The notes: generated from the sequence alone by a model not told the origin. Positions 30,209-41,560 are shown, counted from the first letter of the stretch. The stretch: DNA of 64,000 nucleotides from Methylococcaceae bacterium (GCA_006844705.1 SPJS01000197.1:17357-81356), one strand, 5' to 3'. Program-made: numbers and translations.

Positions 30209-31894
30209 ATGTCATCAATAGAGCAAGCTCGCTTTAAGAATGTTCCTGAACAGGAAATGTTGCAAAATGTAATGACCTGGCAGCCCGGGCAATTAGCGGT
30301 GTGGATTGCTGATTTGCCTTTGCAGCCACAACATGCGTGTAGAAAAATTTGCTCCGCTTTGCATCAGCTGAATCAGACTTCAATTTCAATCGAAGTAAGA
30401 AAATCATATTTTGAAATATTTGCGCAAAAGCTGTTTAGTTTAGATAAACAAATAGAGCGAGGATATTTAAATGCTTCTGTGCCTTTGTCCAGAGAAAAAA
30501 GGGAACAGGTTGAGTGGCTTATATGGAGTGATATGCGTCTGGTGCGAGGCATTCAATTAGCATTGGACAGTATTGAAGATGAAGAAGGACGATTAGGACT
30601 TATTTCACTTGCGATGCACGTGTTGGCGCGAGCTCTACAACATATTTCGTCCTTATATTTTGATCCTAATGATGATTTTTGGCGGCTATGCTATTGGTTT
30701 TACCAATTAGCTGAAAAGGAAGGATTGCTGGATTTCAAAAAACTGTCAGATGCAGGTGATTGCAACTATACCCCGTTACAGGTTTTTAAAGCTATTGTTC
30801 TGTATGCAGTGTCTGACTTTCGCCAGTTCAGGCCAACTGAAATGCGGCAGATATTTCAACTGTTTTGCAAGCACCCTGAATATTTGGATATTAAGGTTGA
30901 TCTGGGTGCAGAGTATGTGGAAAAGCTCTATGTGCTAGATTTATCTAATGGCGAAAGTCCAAAAAAATTCTTTCAAAAAGGTGACTTATCAAGTGAACAT
31001 AGGCTTTTGGACTTTTCTGTTGCGCCTGCTTTGCTCATGGCATTGGTAAATTCAGGAGACATAAAAAAGGAAGTTGGTGAAATTGAGCCTCATGTCATTG
31101 TCAGAGTGGCTAAGGCTTTAGCGCAAGTAAATAAGAGGCGTTTTAAAAGACAGGAGGATAAAGGAAAGTTTTCCGCTATCGCCGGTTTGCAGTATTTTCT
31201 TGATTATGTAAACCAGATTGAAAAAAAACGCGGGCCGATAACTCTGCCTGAGTCATTAATGCCGGGTTTTGAATACAGTACTGAACACTTTGAGTTGGTT
31301 AAGGAAGGCGAAGAGTTCATCTATGAAATGAATAATTCTTTAGTCGAGAATGCTGGAGCGGATCAAAAGGTTCAGAATATTTTTGTATCGGGTAATCAAT
31401 TAAGTAAAGCCAGCTGGACAGATGCGATTGATGGCAGCCAACCTGAGTCAATATCGCCCGCAGACTATGGAAAGTTAAACAGTGGTGCCAAAGGTTTTGG
31501 CTTATCAGCCAAATTTAATGTTGTCAATGCACTCATAGGAGAATTATTTTTTATTGTCAGAGAAGATCACTCTTTTGAGATAGGCGTGGTAAGGCATATT
31601 CATCGCCTGGAGAATGAACGGTTATATTTAGGCGTGGAATTACTGGGGATATCGTCAGGGCTGGCCGATATTCAGTTAAAAACGAAGTCTGAAGTAAAGA
31701 CAACAGGTGTTTTATTGCCCGAGTTGAAAGCAATAAAACAACCCAACACGATCATTATTAATAGTCGGGATTTTAAAGAAGGTGACTTTATTACGCTTAC
31801 GTCGGGAACCCAGAAAAGGTCCTGTCGCATCAATAATAAAATTAATTCAACGTCTTATTTCAAGCAGTTTGAAGTCAGTTTTCTCCAGCTATGA
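30209..31894 (+). CDS. Conserved-type hypothetical protein with degenerate PilZ-like C-terminus
   Basis: Helical N-terminus; RRFKR and NSGAKGFGL...IGVVRHI...LGVELL. Confidence 0.65.
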   Translation: MSSIEQARFKNVPEQEMLQNVMTWQPGQLAVWIADLPLQPQHACRKICSALHQLNQTSISIEVRKSYFEIFAQKLFSLDKQIERGYLNASVPLSREKREQVEWLIWSDMRLVRGIQLALDSIEDEEGRLGLISLAMHVLARALQHISSLYFDPNDDFWRLCYWFYQLAEKEGLLDFKKLSDAGDCNYTPLQVFKAIVLYAVSDFRQFRPTEMRQIFQLFCKHPEYLDIKVDLGAEYVEKLYVLDLSNGESPKKFFQKGDLSSEHRLLDFSVAPALLMALVNSGDIKKEVGEIEPHVIVRVAKALAQVNKRRFKRQEDKGKFSAIAGLQYFLDYVNQIEKKRGPITLPESLMPGFEYSTEHFELVKEGEEFIYEMNNSLVENAGADQKVQNIFVSGNQLSKASWTDAIDGSQPESISPADYGKLNSGAKGFGLSAKFNVVNALIGELFFIVREDHSFEIGVVRHIHRLENERLYLGVELLGISSGLADIQLKTKSEVKTTGVLLPELKAIKQPNTIIINSRDFKEGDFITLTSGTQKRSCRINNKINSTSYFKQFEVSFLQL

Positions 31895-31899
31895 ATGAG

Positions 31900-32643
31900 T
31901 TATTTTTTGCAGAATGGAATCAGCATAGGGACGTTTTGCTTATATTTAACATAAGCGTCTCCCAGAAAATGAACCAGATCTTTTTCTTCCAGTTGAATGG
32001 CCACCAGAATATAGGCTGATGCAACGGCGGCAAATAATAAATGCCCTTGGGACATGGATGGTGTCACCCAAAAGCAGATAAACCAGCCTGCGTACAAGGG
32101 GTGTCGGAGATATTGATACAGCCAGGGTGTTTTAAACTCCAATGGCGTATAAGGTTGGTCTTTATAATTCAGATAGATTTGTCGCAGACCAAATAAGTCA
32201 AAGTGATTGATGAGAAAGGTCGCAACCAGCACCAGCCCCCAACCCGCCGCATGAATCCCCCACATCAAACGACTAAAAAAGCTGTTTTCTATATGCCAGA
32301 TCATGCCTGGTAGGGGTTGCCAACACCAGAAAAGTAATAATAATGCCAGACTAGATGCCAGCACATAGACACTGCGTTCGGCTGATTCAGGCACATATTG
32401 GTGCCACCATGCCTTGAATTTTGGACGGGCCATAACACTGTGTTGCACTGCAAAAAGGCTTAATAACAGTAAGTTGATAATAATGGCGGATAGCGAGCTT
32501 CCTGGCGTCCCACTGTCAATTGATGTGGGTACCAGCCAGTTTGTGATAAAGCCGATAGCATAGAGAAACGTCAACAGGAAAATAAGGTAGCTAATGGTGC
32601 CAAAGATCAGGATATTTTTTTTATCTTGTACAAGTGGGTGCAT
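31900..32643 (-). CDS. mddA: Methanethiol S-methyltransferase (ICMT-like membrane methyltransferase)
   Basis: TFLYAIGF, LFAVQHSVMARP, ERSVYVL, INHFDLFGLRQ, RHPLY, GHLLFA, LEEKDL. Confidence 0.82.
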   Translation of the reverse strand: MHPLVQDKKNILIFGTISYLIFLLTFLYAIGFITNWLVPTSIDSGTPGSSLSAIIINLLLLSLFAVQHSVMARPKFKAWWHQYVPESAERSVYVLASSLALLLLFWCWQPLPGMIWHIENSFFSRLMWGIHAAGWGLVLVATFLINHFDLFGLRQIYLNYKDQPYTPLEFKTPWLYQYLRHPLYAGWFICFWVTPSMSQGHLLFAAVASAYILVAIQLEEKDLVHFLGDAYVKYKQNVPMLIPFCKK

Positions 32644-32686
32644 AAAAGGCTCGCATTCTTATCGTTATACTTTTGTGAAACGCTAG

Positions 32687-32845
32687 GAGACTGTCAGGTT
32701 ATGGATGATTCTACTGCAGCGATGGGAAAGCGGCAGATTTTTCCGGTCTTTTTCGTTACGTAGCCCCACTATGCGCCTCAAAAGATCAAAAAATCCGCTC
32801 GATGTCCCGCTCGCCTCGCGGCGAACCCCATAACCCGACAGCCTC
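32687..32845. mobile_element. MITE family, full-length copy (159 bp)
   Basis: Near-identical to 13945..14107; flanks CTAG / CTGG. Confidence 0.88.
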
Positions 32846-32910
32846 CTGGATATTTTCTGTAGGCAATCAAAAGACTGGAACTCACATTAGTTTAATGTGA
32901 ATAAACGAAA

Positions 32911-33729
32911 TCAACTTTTGAGCGCTGTAATCACGGGTGCAGTGTCGGGCTGTACACCCCGCCAGATAAAAAAAGCGGCTGCGGCCTGTTCAACCAGCAT
33001 GCCCAGACCATCCAGGCTTTTTTGGGCGTTCTGTTGATATCCCCAGGTGACAAACGGGGTATCTTCATTGCCGTAAGCCAGGTCGTAACACACGCCGTCG
33101 TTTGCCAGCAAATGTGGCGGAAGGGGCGGTAGATCTCCGCTCAGGCTTGCCGAGGTAGCGTTGAGTATGATGTTAAATTGTTGGTCGTTCAGGTCATTAA
33201 ACCCACAGCCAGAGGTCGATCCGGACGCTTTAAACTCATCAGCCAGCCGTTCCGCTTTATTGACCGTTCGATTGGCAATGGTAATTGAGGTGACATTTTC
33301 TGCTTGCAATGGCAATAGAATGCCACGTGAGGCCCCCCCTGCGCCCAGAATTAACACCTTTTTGCCAGACAAGGTGACATTATTGTTTTTCAGGTCAGTC
33401 ACTAACCCGACACCATCCGTGTTATCGCCTAGTAATAAGCCATCAGATTGCATGGCCAACGTATTTACGGCTTTACTCTTTTGTGCTCTGGGGGTAAGCG
33501 TGTCGGCACGTTGGAATGCCAGTTCTTTTAAAGGTACAGTGCAATTTACACCGCGTCCGCCTTGCGCAAAAAACTGGGAAATCGCGGCCTTAAACTGTTC
33601 GGCTGGGACGTCCTGCTTATCATATTGCATTTGCTGGCCGGTTTGCTCGGCAAACATGCTATGGATTACCGGAGATTTACTGTGTTTGATCGGTGACCCA
33701 AACACCGCATAGGCATCAATTGGGGGCAT
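32911..33729 (-). CDS. aroE: Shikimate dehydrogenase
   Basis: HSKSP, NCTVPLK, AVNT, GDNTDG, GAGGA, NATS, DGLGMLVEQAA. Confidence 0.96.
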   Translation of the reverse strand: MPPIDAYAVFGSPIKHSKSPVIHSMFAEQTGQQMQYDKQDVPAEQFKAAISQFFAQGGRGVNCTVPLKELAFQRADTLTPRAQKSKAVNTLAMQSDGLLLGDNTDGVGLVTDLKNNNVTLSGKKVLILGAGGASRGILLPLQAENVTSITIANRTVNKAERLADEFKASGSTSGCGFNDLNDQQFNIILNATSASLSGDLPPLPPHLLANDGVCYDLAYGNEDTPFVTWGYQQNAQKSLDGLGMLVEQAAAAFFIWRGVQPDTAPVITALKS

Positions 33730-34261
33730 TGTTCAGTTTGTCTATCCAGATTTCCCAAAAAATGGTGAGGATTACCGTAATGATGGCAAGGACAATTTCG
33801 ACCCACATAAAATCTTCAATATAGGCAACGATTATTGAGGAAATGCCCAGATACAGTCCGACCACACTGAACCGCCAGCCAATGCGGATACCATCCAGCA
33901 TCGTAGCCAGTGCAAGGATCAACAGGATGACCAGACTGGCACTGGTTTCAGTCAGCTGACCGGATTTTTGCAGTAAAAAAGTGCCACCGACAACGACCAG
34001 TGAGGTCGTCCAGTGCAGAAACTGTTCTTTCAGGATTGAGGTGAAATCCATCACATCATGTTTTTTGGATTGCAGCCAGGCAATCAGGATGGCGCACATG
34101 GCAAATACAATTACCATGATCAACCAGTAGCCATAGCCATCATCCGGATTAAAATCGGTAATGCCGATACCCAGCAAAGAAAGCAAAAGCAAAATAATTA
34201 AAATGCCTTCTTCAATCTGGAATTTTGTTTTTTTACTTATGAATGCCTCGTTTTCCTGCAT
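33716..34261 (-). CDS. Multi-TM membrane protein, hypothetical
   Basis: About six hydrophobic helices; between hemB and aroE. Confidence 0.8.
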   Translation of the reverse strand: MQENEAFISKKTKFQIEEGILIILLLLSLLGIGITDFNPDDGYGYWLIMVIVFAMCAILIAWLQSKKHDVMDFTSILKEQFLHWTTSLVVVGGTFLLQKSGQLTETSASLVILLILALATMLDGIRIGWRFSVVGLYLGISSIIVAYIEDFMWVEIVLAIITVILTIFWEIWIDKLNNAPN

Positions 34262-34285
34262 GATAGACCTCGTTATTCATTCTGG

Positions 34286-35320
<1,035 letters not shown>

Positions 35321-35605
35321 TCACTATTGAATTCTTTAAATCCGGATGTTTGAATGAGGATCCGGGGGCGAGGCTGAGATAAAAACCAATATTAATTTAT
35401 GTTAATTTATGGGATCCTTTATAAATAATACATTTTGTGACAGTAAGCAGGCTGCCAACGCCGCTATCGCGGAAAAAAATATTTATAGAGGCGCCCATAT
35501 GACAAACTTGTTAAACTTCGCCTATATTATCATCAGCGGATATTACTTAACCAAAGCGGATCATGCAAATGGATGTAAGCACTGGTTGCAATGTAAGGAG
35601 TTATT

Positions 35606-36244
35606 ATGAACGTCGTAAAACATTTTTATTTTAATGCAGGTTTTTTTATCCTGTTGATGGCTCCTTTAGCTCATCTGCAGGCGGCTCAGCTAGAGGAGCC
35701 TCAAATGGTGATTGAAAGCACCTCTAACAAGTTAAAGGAAAAGTTGAAGGATGAAAATTTTAAGAAGGACTTTCGAAAGATTAACGCGTTTGTTGAAGCC
35801 ACTATCACTCCGCATGTAGATTTCAACCGTATTTCAGCACTGGTTTTAGGAAAATTATGGCGCAAGGCTTCCGCAGAAGAACGAGCTGGGTTCAGTTCGG
35901 AATTCCGTGTGATGCTGATACGAACCTATTCGCGTGCGTTTGTTGAATTTAAAGACTGGTCGGTACGTTTTTTGCCGCTTATGGTGAAAGATGTCAACAA
36001 AAAAGTCATTGTCAAAACCGAAATTCTACAACCGGGAATTCAGCCCATCGGCGTGAATTATCGTATGTATGAAAAAAATGGTGTTTGGAAAACCTACGAC
36101 ATCATCATCGAAGGTGTCAGTCTGGTGACCAATTATCGCACGTCGTTTAAAAACGAAGTGAAGCGCGCCGGTTCCTTGCAAGCGGTGATTGACCAATTGG
36201 CCAAACGCAATACTGAAGCACTTGCTGTAAACGAAAACTCCTAA
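35606..36244 (+). CDS. mlaC: MlaC/Ttg2D-family phospholipid-binding periplasmic protein
   Basis: Signal peptide, LVLGKLWR, LIRTYS, WKTYDIIIEGVSLVTNYR. Confidence 0.88.
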   Translation: MNVVKHFYFNAGFFILLMAPLAHLQAAQLEEPQMVIESTSNKLKEKLKDENFKKDFRKINAFVEATITPHVDFNRISALVLGKLWRKASAEERAGFSSEFRVMLIRTYSRAFVEFKDWSVRFLPLMVKDVNKKVIVKTEILQPGIQPIGVNYRMYEKNGVWKTYDIIIEGVSLVTNYRTSFKNEVKRAGSLQAVIDQLAKRNTEALAVNENS

Positions 36245-36252
36245 TCTCACCG

Positions 36253-36275
36253 GCCCGCTTGAATCAGCGGGCTTT
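36253..36275 (+). terminator. Terminator-like hairpin
   Basis: GCCCGCT-TGAATC-AGCGGGC followed by TTT. Confidence 0.55.
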
Positions 36276-36289
36276 CTCTCTCACTCGCT

Positions 36290-37021
36290 ATGCCGTCCGC
36301 AAAAGATTCCATATATGCCAACCCTTTGCAGGAGATTGGTGATTTTTCATTTGATAGTCAGGTCGTCGACGTTTTCCCGGACATGATTCGGCGTTCTGTG
36401 CCGGGCTATAACACCATCATCAATGCAATCGGGCTGTTGACTGGAAAATTCGCCCAGCATGATTCTTACTGTTATGACCTTGGCTGTTCGCTAGGGGCGG
36501 CGACATTGTCCATGCGTCAGCAAATTGAGGCTGAAAATTGCACGATTATCGCGGTAGATAATTCACAGGCGATGATTGAACAGCTACAGGATAACCTGTT
36601 TGCCAACACCGGCCATGTTCATGTTGAAACCCGCTGTGCAGATGTGCGCAACATAGATGTTCAACGTGCTTCGGTCGTCGTTGTAAATTTTACCTTGCAG
36701 TTTATTCCGTTGGCCGACCGCCATGCCTTGTTAAGCAAAATTTATCGGGGCATGTTGCCGGGCGGCATTTTGATTATTTCCGAGAAAATCCAGTTTAATG
36801 ATGCATGTCAGCAAAATCTGCAGACCGAGATGCACCATGCATTCAAAAAGGCACAAGGGTATTCAGATCTTGAGATCAGTCAGAAACGCACCGCGCTGGA
36901 GAATGTGTTAATCCCGGAAACCTTTGCGCAGCATCAGCAACGATTGCTAGAGGTGGGGTTCAATAGTGCTGAACAATGGTTTCAGTATTTCAACTTTGTT
37001 TCCATGGTGGCGTTGAAATAA
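36290..37021 (+). CDS. cmoA: Carboxy-SAM synthase
   Basis: VFPDMIRRSVPGY, YDLGCSLGA, NFTLQF, GYSDLEISQKR. Confidence 0.96.
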   Translation: MPSAKDSIYANPLQEIGDFSFDSQVVDVFPDMIRRSVPGYNTIINAIGLLTGKFAQHDSYCYDLGCSLGAATLSMRQQIEAENCTIIAVDNSQAMIEQLQDNLFANTGHVHVETRCADVRNIDVQRASVVVVNFTLQFIPLADRHALLSKIYRGMLPGGILIISEKIQFNDACQQNLQTEMHHAFKKAQGYSDLEISQKRTALENVLIPETFAQHQQRLLEVGFNSAEQWFQYFNFVSMVALK

Positions 37022-37987
37022 ATGGATTACTCGCTACTTTACCGCCGGTTGCGCTCGATGGGCGCTGAACAATGGGCAGAAGAGCTGCCTCAGCTTATCG
37101 AACACGCGTTTGACAGCAAACCGAATGGTCAGCAGCAGCAGTTGTGTCAGGTTGTAGATGGCATACCGCTTATCACAACCCGGCATGCTGAATATGCGTC
37201 CCGTTTGGTAATCGGGGCCGCGGAAGACATTGATGCGGAAACGCAACAGCAGCTTAAACAACACCTGCAAATGCTGATGCCGTGGCGCAAAGGCCCCCTG
37301 GAACTGTTTGGTATACCCATTGATACAGAGTGGCGTTCCGACTGGAAATGGGACAGACTGAAAAATCATATCAGCCCGCTCAACGGACGTTTTGTGCTGG
37401 ATGTCGGCTGCGGCAATGGCTATCATTGCTGGCGCATGCTGGGAGCGGGTGCAGACATGGTGGTAGGGATAGATCCGACTATCCTCAGCGTATTGCAGTT
37501 TCAGGTGGTAAAAAAAATGCAGGCGGATGCCCCGGTGTTTGTTTTACCGTTGGGTATTGAGCATATGCCGGCCGGAAATCGCTTGTTTGATACTGTATTT
37601 TCTATGGGGGTGCTCTATCACCGGCGCTCCCCCATTGATCATTTGATGGAACTGAAAGGGTGTTTGCGCAATGGTGGCGAGTTATTGCTGGAAACTTTGG
37701 TTATTGAAGGAACAAAAGGTGAGTCCCTGGTGCCTGCTGGCCGCTATGCGCAAATGCGAAATGTCTGGTTTATTCCGTCTGTGGATACGTTGGTCGGCTG
37801 GATGCAGCGCTGTGGTTTCCAGAATATTCAAGTGATTGATGTCACCAAAACCACTACAGAAGAACAGCGGCGCACCGATTGGATGACCTCCTATTCACTA
37901 ACCCATTTTCTCGACCCGGAAAACCCCGAGCTGACCTGCGAAGGTTATCCGGCACCCGTCAGGGCAATGATTCTGGCGACAATTTAG
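37022..37987 (+). CDS. cmoB: tRNA 5-methoxyuridine(34)/cmo5U synthase
   Basis: PWRKGP, IDTEWRSDWKW, DVGCGNGYH, GVLYHRRSP, RYAQMRNVWF. Confidence 0.96.
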   Translation: MDYSLLYRRLRSMGAEQWAEELPQLIEHAFDSKPNGQQQQLCQVVDGIPLITTRHAEYASRLVIGAAEDIDAETQQQLKQHLQMLMPWRKGPLELFGIPIDTEWRSDWKWDRLKNHISPLNGRFVLDVGCGNGYHCWRMLGAGADMVVGIDPTILSVLQFQVVKKMQADAPVFVLPLGIEHMPAGNRLFDTVFSMGVLYHRRSPIDHLMELKGCLRNGGELLLETLVIEGTKGESLVPAGRYAQMRNVWFIPSVDTLVGWMQRCGFQNIQVIDVTKTTTEEQRRTDWMTSYSLTHFLDPENPELTCEGYPAPVRAMILATI

Positions 37988-38082
37988 CCGTCACCTCTGG
38001 CAGTCAAACAAGACATGGAGCGTAAGCTACGTTAAATCAGCTTGTTGACCCAGCCGAATCTCTGCAGTAGTCAGGAGCGGTA

Positions 38083-38104
38083 AAAATGACAAAATTGTAA
38101 TGTT
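38083..38104. promoter_or_regulatory. CusR/CopR-type metal-responsive regulator box
   Basis: AAAATGACAAAATTGTAATGTT matches the E. coli CusR box AAAATGACAAAATTGTCATTTT at 20/22 positions. Confidence 0.65.
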
Positions 38105-38170
38105 GCCGTCATCTTGCTGTTTGCGTGCAATCGATAAAATTCTGTCTCCTCAGAGCAATTAGCGAAAGAC

Positions 38171-40270
38171 ATGACAATAAATCCACTTGATCAAAAACTG
38201 CAACATAGCATTATGCTTTTGCTGGGAACTGGTTTAGTCAGCGGAGCACTGTCACCGGTATTCGCACATACTGAGCATGAGGCCGATAGCTATTCCGATT
38301 TAGGCGTGCTGGAAGTCACCGGGCGGGCAGCGGACTTGCTGGGACAAACGGACTCGGCATCTACCGGGTTTATCGGTCAGCCGGAGTTTGAATTCAGGCC
38401 ATTGTCACGGCCAGGGGAGTTGGTCGAGGTGGTTCCGGGCATGATGGCAACCCAGCACAGTGGTAACGGCAAGGCCAATCAGTATTTTCTGCGCGGGTTT
38501 AACCTGGATCATGGCACTGATTTTTCAGCCATGGTCGATGGGGTGCCGTTGAATATGCCAACGCATGGGCATGGTCAGGGCTATCTGGATTTAAACAGTA
38601 TTATTCCGGAGCTGGTGGATGTGGTGGAATTCGGTAAAGGACCTTATCATGCCGAAGTGGGTGATTTTTCATCTGCCGGTCACGTGCGTTTTCATACCAA
38701 ACACCGCCTGGACAAGGCCTTGCTAAAGTTTGGTTATGGCGAATACGAATATTACCGCGGCGTGGTGGCCAATTCTCATCAAATCGGGGATGGCGACCTG
38801 CTCTATGCGGGTGAGGTCAATTTCAATAACGGGCCGTGGATCAAGGACGAAAAACTTAATAAGTTCAATGGTATGTTGCGGTATACCGTGGATGAAGGTT
38901 ATACCGGCTATGCGCTGATCTTCAATACTTATCATAACAATTGGGATTCTACCGAGCAGATTCCGCAACGCGCGGTAAATAGCGGTTTACTAAATGAACG
39001 GGCGACACTGGATGATACCGCCGGGGGAGACATGCAGCGCTACAGCTTTTCCGCCAACTGGTGGCGCGATTCAGAATATGGCTCCACTGAAATCAATGCT
39101 TTTGCGGTTTACAGTGATTTTAACCTGTTTTCCAATTTTACTTATTTCCTTGATGACCCGGTCAACGGTGACCAGATTACCCAGCGTGATCGGCGTTATA
39201 TATTTGGCGGTGAAGTCAAACACAGCCGTAATGATGAATGGTTCGGTCTTGATTGGTTTAACACGGTAGGGGTGCAGGCGCGTCACGATTACATCCCGCT
39301 GGTTGGCTTATACAAAAGCCGTTCGCGCGAAATTTTGAGCACCGTGACGGAACACGATGTCAGTCAGACCAGTGTCGGTGTTTTTCTTGAAAACACGATT
39401 CAATGGCATGACAAGTTCAAGTCGATCATCGGATTGCGTGGTGATTTTTATCACTATGATGTCGATAGCCATAATATTGCGGTCAACTCTGGCAGTGCTG
39501 ATGACGCACAGTTTAGCCCCAAGATCAGCCTGGTGTTTGGGCCGTGGTTTGATACAGAGTTTTATGCCAATGCTGGCTATGGTTTTCACAGTAATGATGC
39601 GCGAGGCACAACCATTCAAGTTGATCCGGCTACATTGGCATCTGCCTCTCAGGTGGATCCGCTGGTGGCAAGTAAAGGTGCAGAATTTGGTATTCGCAGT
39701 CAGGCTATTCCAGGCTTGGTGTCTACCTTGTCGGTATGGTGGCTGGAGCTGGATTCAGAACTGGTATTTATTGGCGATGCTGGTGGAACGGAAGAGTCAG
39801 GCAAAAGCCAGCGCTATGGTATTGAGCTGACCAATTATTACAAACCGGTCGAATGGTTGACGCTGGACTTTGATGTCGCCTTGTCCGAAGCAGAGTTCAG
39901 TGACGCTCCCGCCAATGCAAATGAAGTCACCAATTCTGTTGGGTTGACTATCGCCGGCGGAGCAACAGTTGATTTGCCCTATGGCTTATTCGGCAGCATG
40001 CGGGTCAGACATTTTGATGATGTGCCGTTAACGGAAGACAATAGCGTAAAAGCAGGTTCAACCACGGTGGTTAATCTAGGTACCGGTTATCGCTACCATG
40101 ATTACAAGGTGGAATTAAATGTATTTAACCTGTTTGATTCCGGAGACAGGGATATTGCCTATCACTATACCTCACGGTTGTCAGGTGAAGCAGTCGCAGG
40201 CGTGGATGATGTGCATTTTCATCCGGTTGAACCTCGCTCTATTCGTGTGCAGGTTAGTTTGGAGTTCTGA
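38171..40270 (+). CDS. TonB-dependent receptor
   Basis: Signal peptide, LEVTG TonB box, plug GKANQYFLRGFNLDHGTDF, C-terminal beta-strand ending in F. Confidence 0.92.
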   Translation: MTINPLDQKLQHSIMLLLGTGLVSGALSPVFAHTEHEADSYSDLGVLEVTGRAADLLGQTDSASTGFIGQPEFEFRPLSRPGELVEVVPGMMATQHSGNGKANQYFLRGFNLDHGTDFSAMVDGVPLNMPTHGHGQGYLDLNSIIPELVDVVEFGKGPYHAEVGDFSSAGHVRFHTKHRLDKALLKFGYGEYEYYRGVVANSHQIGDGDLLYAGEVNFNNGPWIKDEKLNKFNGMLRYTVDEGYTGYALIFNTYHNNWDSTEQIPQRAVNSGLLNERATLDDTAGGDMQRYSFSANWWRDSEYGSTEINAFAVYSDFNLFSNFTYFLDDPVNGDQITQRDRRYIFGGEVKHSRNDEWFGLDWFNTVGVQARHDYIPLVGLYKSRSREILSTVTEHDVSQTSVGVFLENTIQWHDKFKSIIGLRGDFYHYDVDSHNIAVNSGSADDAQFSPKISLVFGPWFDTEFYANAGYGFHSNDARGTTIQVDPATLASASQVDPLVASKGAEFGIRSQAIPGLVSTLSVWWLELDSELVFIGDAGGTEESGKSQRYGIELTNYYKPVEWLTLDFDVALSEAEFSDAPANANEVTNSVGLTIAGGATVDLPYGLFGSMRVRHFDDVPLTEDNSVKAGSTTVVNLGTGYRYHDYKVELNVFNLFDSGDRDIAYHYTSRLSGEAVAGVDDVHFHPVEPRSIRVQVSLEF

Positions 40271-40300
40271 TTGAGGGGAATGTTTAACAGGACGTTGATT

Positions 40301-40326
40301 AACCCCGTTTAAGCGGGGTTTTTTTT
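40301..40326 (+). terminator. Rho-independent terminator
   Basis: AACCCCGTT-TA-AGCGGGGTT followed by a T run. Confidence 0.8.
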
Positions 40327-40332
40327 GTCTGA

Positions 40333-40755
40333 TTAATCATCTGCCACTTTGAAATGGTTGAAATACAGATTAAGGTGGTCATTCAAAACCTTTTCTGCAT
40401 CACTGATATCAAGTTCTTTATTTTCCATGTATTGCAAGCGCCTTCTGACGATAATCAGCTGTCCCTTAGCTTTCTCGAGATCAGTTTCAATGAGGGCATC
40501 AAAATTTCTCAAATGTTTGGTCATTGAGTTGATATAGGTTGGTTTTACCTCGTTATATTCCAAAGGCTTGTCACGATTCTGTTCCCGTAAGGCTTTTAAC
40601 ACAGCCTGAGTAACAGGGGGGATGTTATCGACAACAACCGCGTCCTGTTTACTGGGCTTAAAAATAAAAAACAGAACAATAACCAGAATGACAATACCGA
40701 TGTGGTATTTATTAATTCCTGATTTGAAAGACAAGGTGAAATTATTCGATTCCAT
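40333..40755 (-). CDS. Single-TM hypothetical protein
   Basis: 140 aa ORF with one N-terminal TM helix. Confidence 0.6.
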   Translation of the reverse strand: MESNNFTLSFKSGINKYHIGIVILVIVLFFIFKPSKQDAVVVDNIPPVTQAVLKALREQNRDKPLEYNEVKPTYINSMTKHLRNFDALIETDLEKAKGQLIIVRRRLQYMENKELDISDAEKVLNDHLNLYFNHFKVADD

Positions 40756-40889
40756 AATGTATTACAGCTAAAAATAAAAAATGATTGCAGCGAGGACTGT
40801 AGACATTGTTCAGTGTGCCTGGCTGGCAGTGTTATCCGTCAGTGTAGCATGAATGTTATTCTGTACTATTTGATGCAGGACAAAAACGG

Positions 40890-40917
40890 TTACCTGCCAT
40901 CAAGGTGTGGCAGGTAA
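40890..40917 (-). terminator. Hairpin downstream of the 40934 gene
   Basis: TTACCTGCCA...TGGCAGGTAA inverted repeat. Confidence 0.55.
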
Positions 40918-40933
40918 TCAAGCCGTCATTTAG

Positions 40934-41503
40934 TTAATCTTCAACTTTTTCTACTTCAAGAAACGAAAGTGTTTCTGCGGTATGATCTTTGGTAAAGTCC
41001 AGTAAGACATAATTAGTGCCTACAAAACGATTGAATGCCTGTTTTGCGGTGGTTTCACCTGAAACCGCTTCCAGCGTGGCAGCGCCATTTTCGTTAATTT
41101 CCTTGATCGTAGTGGTAATCGTGAAGGTTTTGCTTAAAAAGGCGTGACGATTTTTTTTCGCTTCGAATTTGATTTTAAGTTTGTCGCCAATACGGAACAG
41201 CTCTTCGTTCGACACACTGAAGAAACCGGATTTTGTGACCAGTTTGCCATTATATTCAGTAACCGGTTTATACAAGACAAGGAATGTGGCTTCCCAGGCA
41301 AATGGGGTACACATCAATGGGCGTGAATCCTTGTAAAAATCGATGACATAATTTTCCTTGTGCATGCGTTTGATTTTCCCTTTGCTGAAAAAACCATGGC
41401 AATTAGCCAGGACATCGGCTCCGACAGGAAGATGTTCGGCATGGGCTGTTGGAATAAACAATGCAGCCAGTAAAACAAACGGGGTAAGACGAGTTATTTT
41501 CAT
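40934..41503 (-). CDS. Secreted hypothetical protein
   Basis: GAGGAG RBS, signal peptide ending AHA. Confidence 0.7.
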   Translation of the reverse strand: MKITRLTPFVLLAALFIPTAHAEHLPVGADVLANCHGFFSKGKIKRMHKENYVIDFYKDSRPLMCTPFAWEATFLVLYKPVTEYNGKLVTKSGFFSVSNEELFRIGDKLKIKFEAKKNRHAFLSKTFTITTTIKEINENGAATLEAVSGETTAKQAFNRFVGTNYVLLDFTKDHTAETLSFLEVEKVED

Positions 41504-41560
41504 GGACCTTCTCCTCAATTAATTATTGTCGTTATAAGCAAGACCACAATAAAGTCCCTG

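Noticed and set aside
35409-35609. 66-aa ORF upstream of mlaC
   Set aside because: It has no RBS or motifs and lies in the divergent hemB/mlaC promoter region
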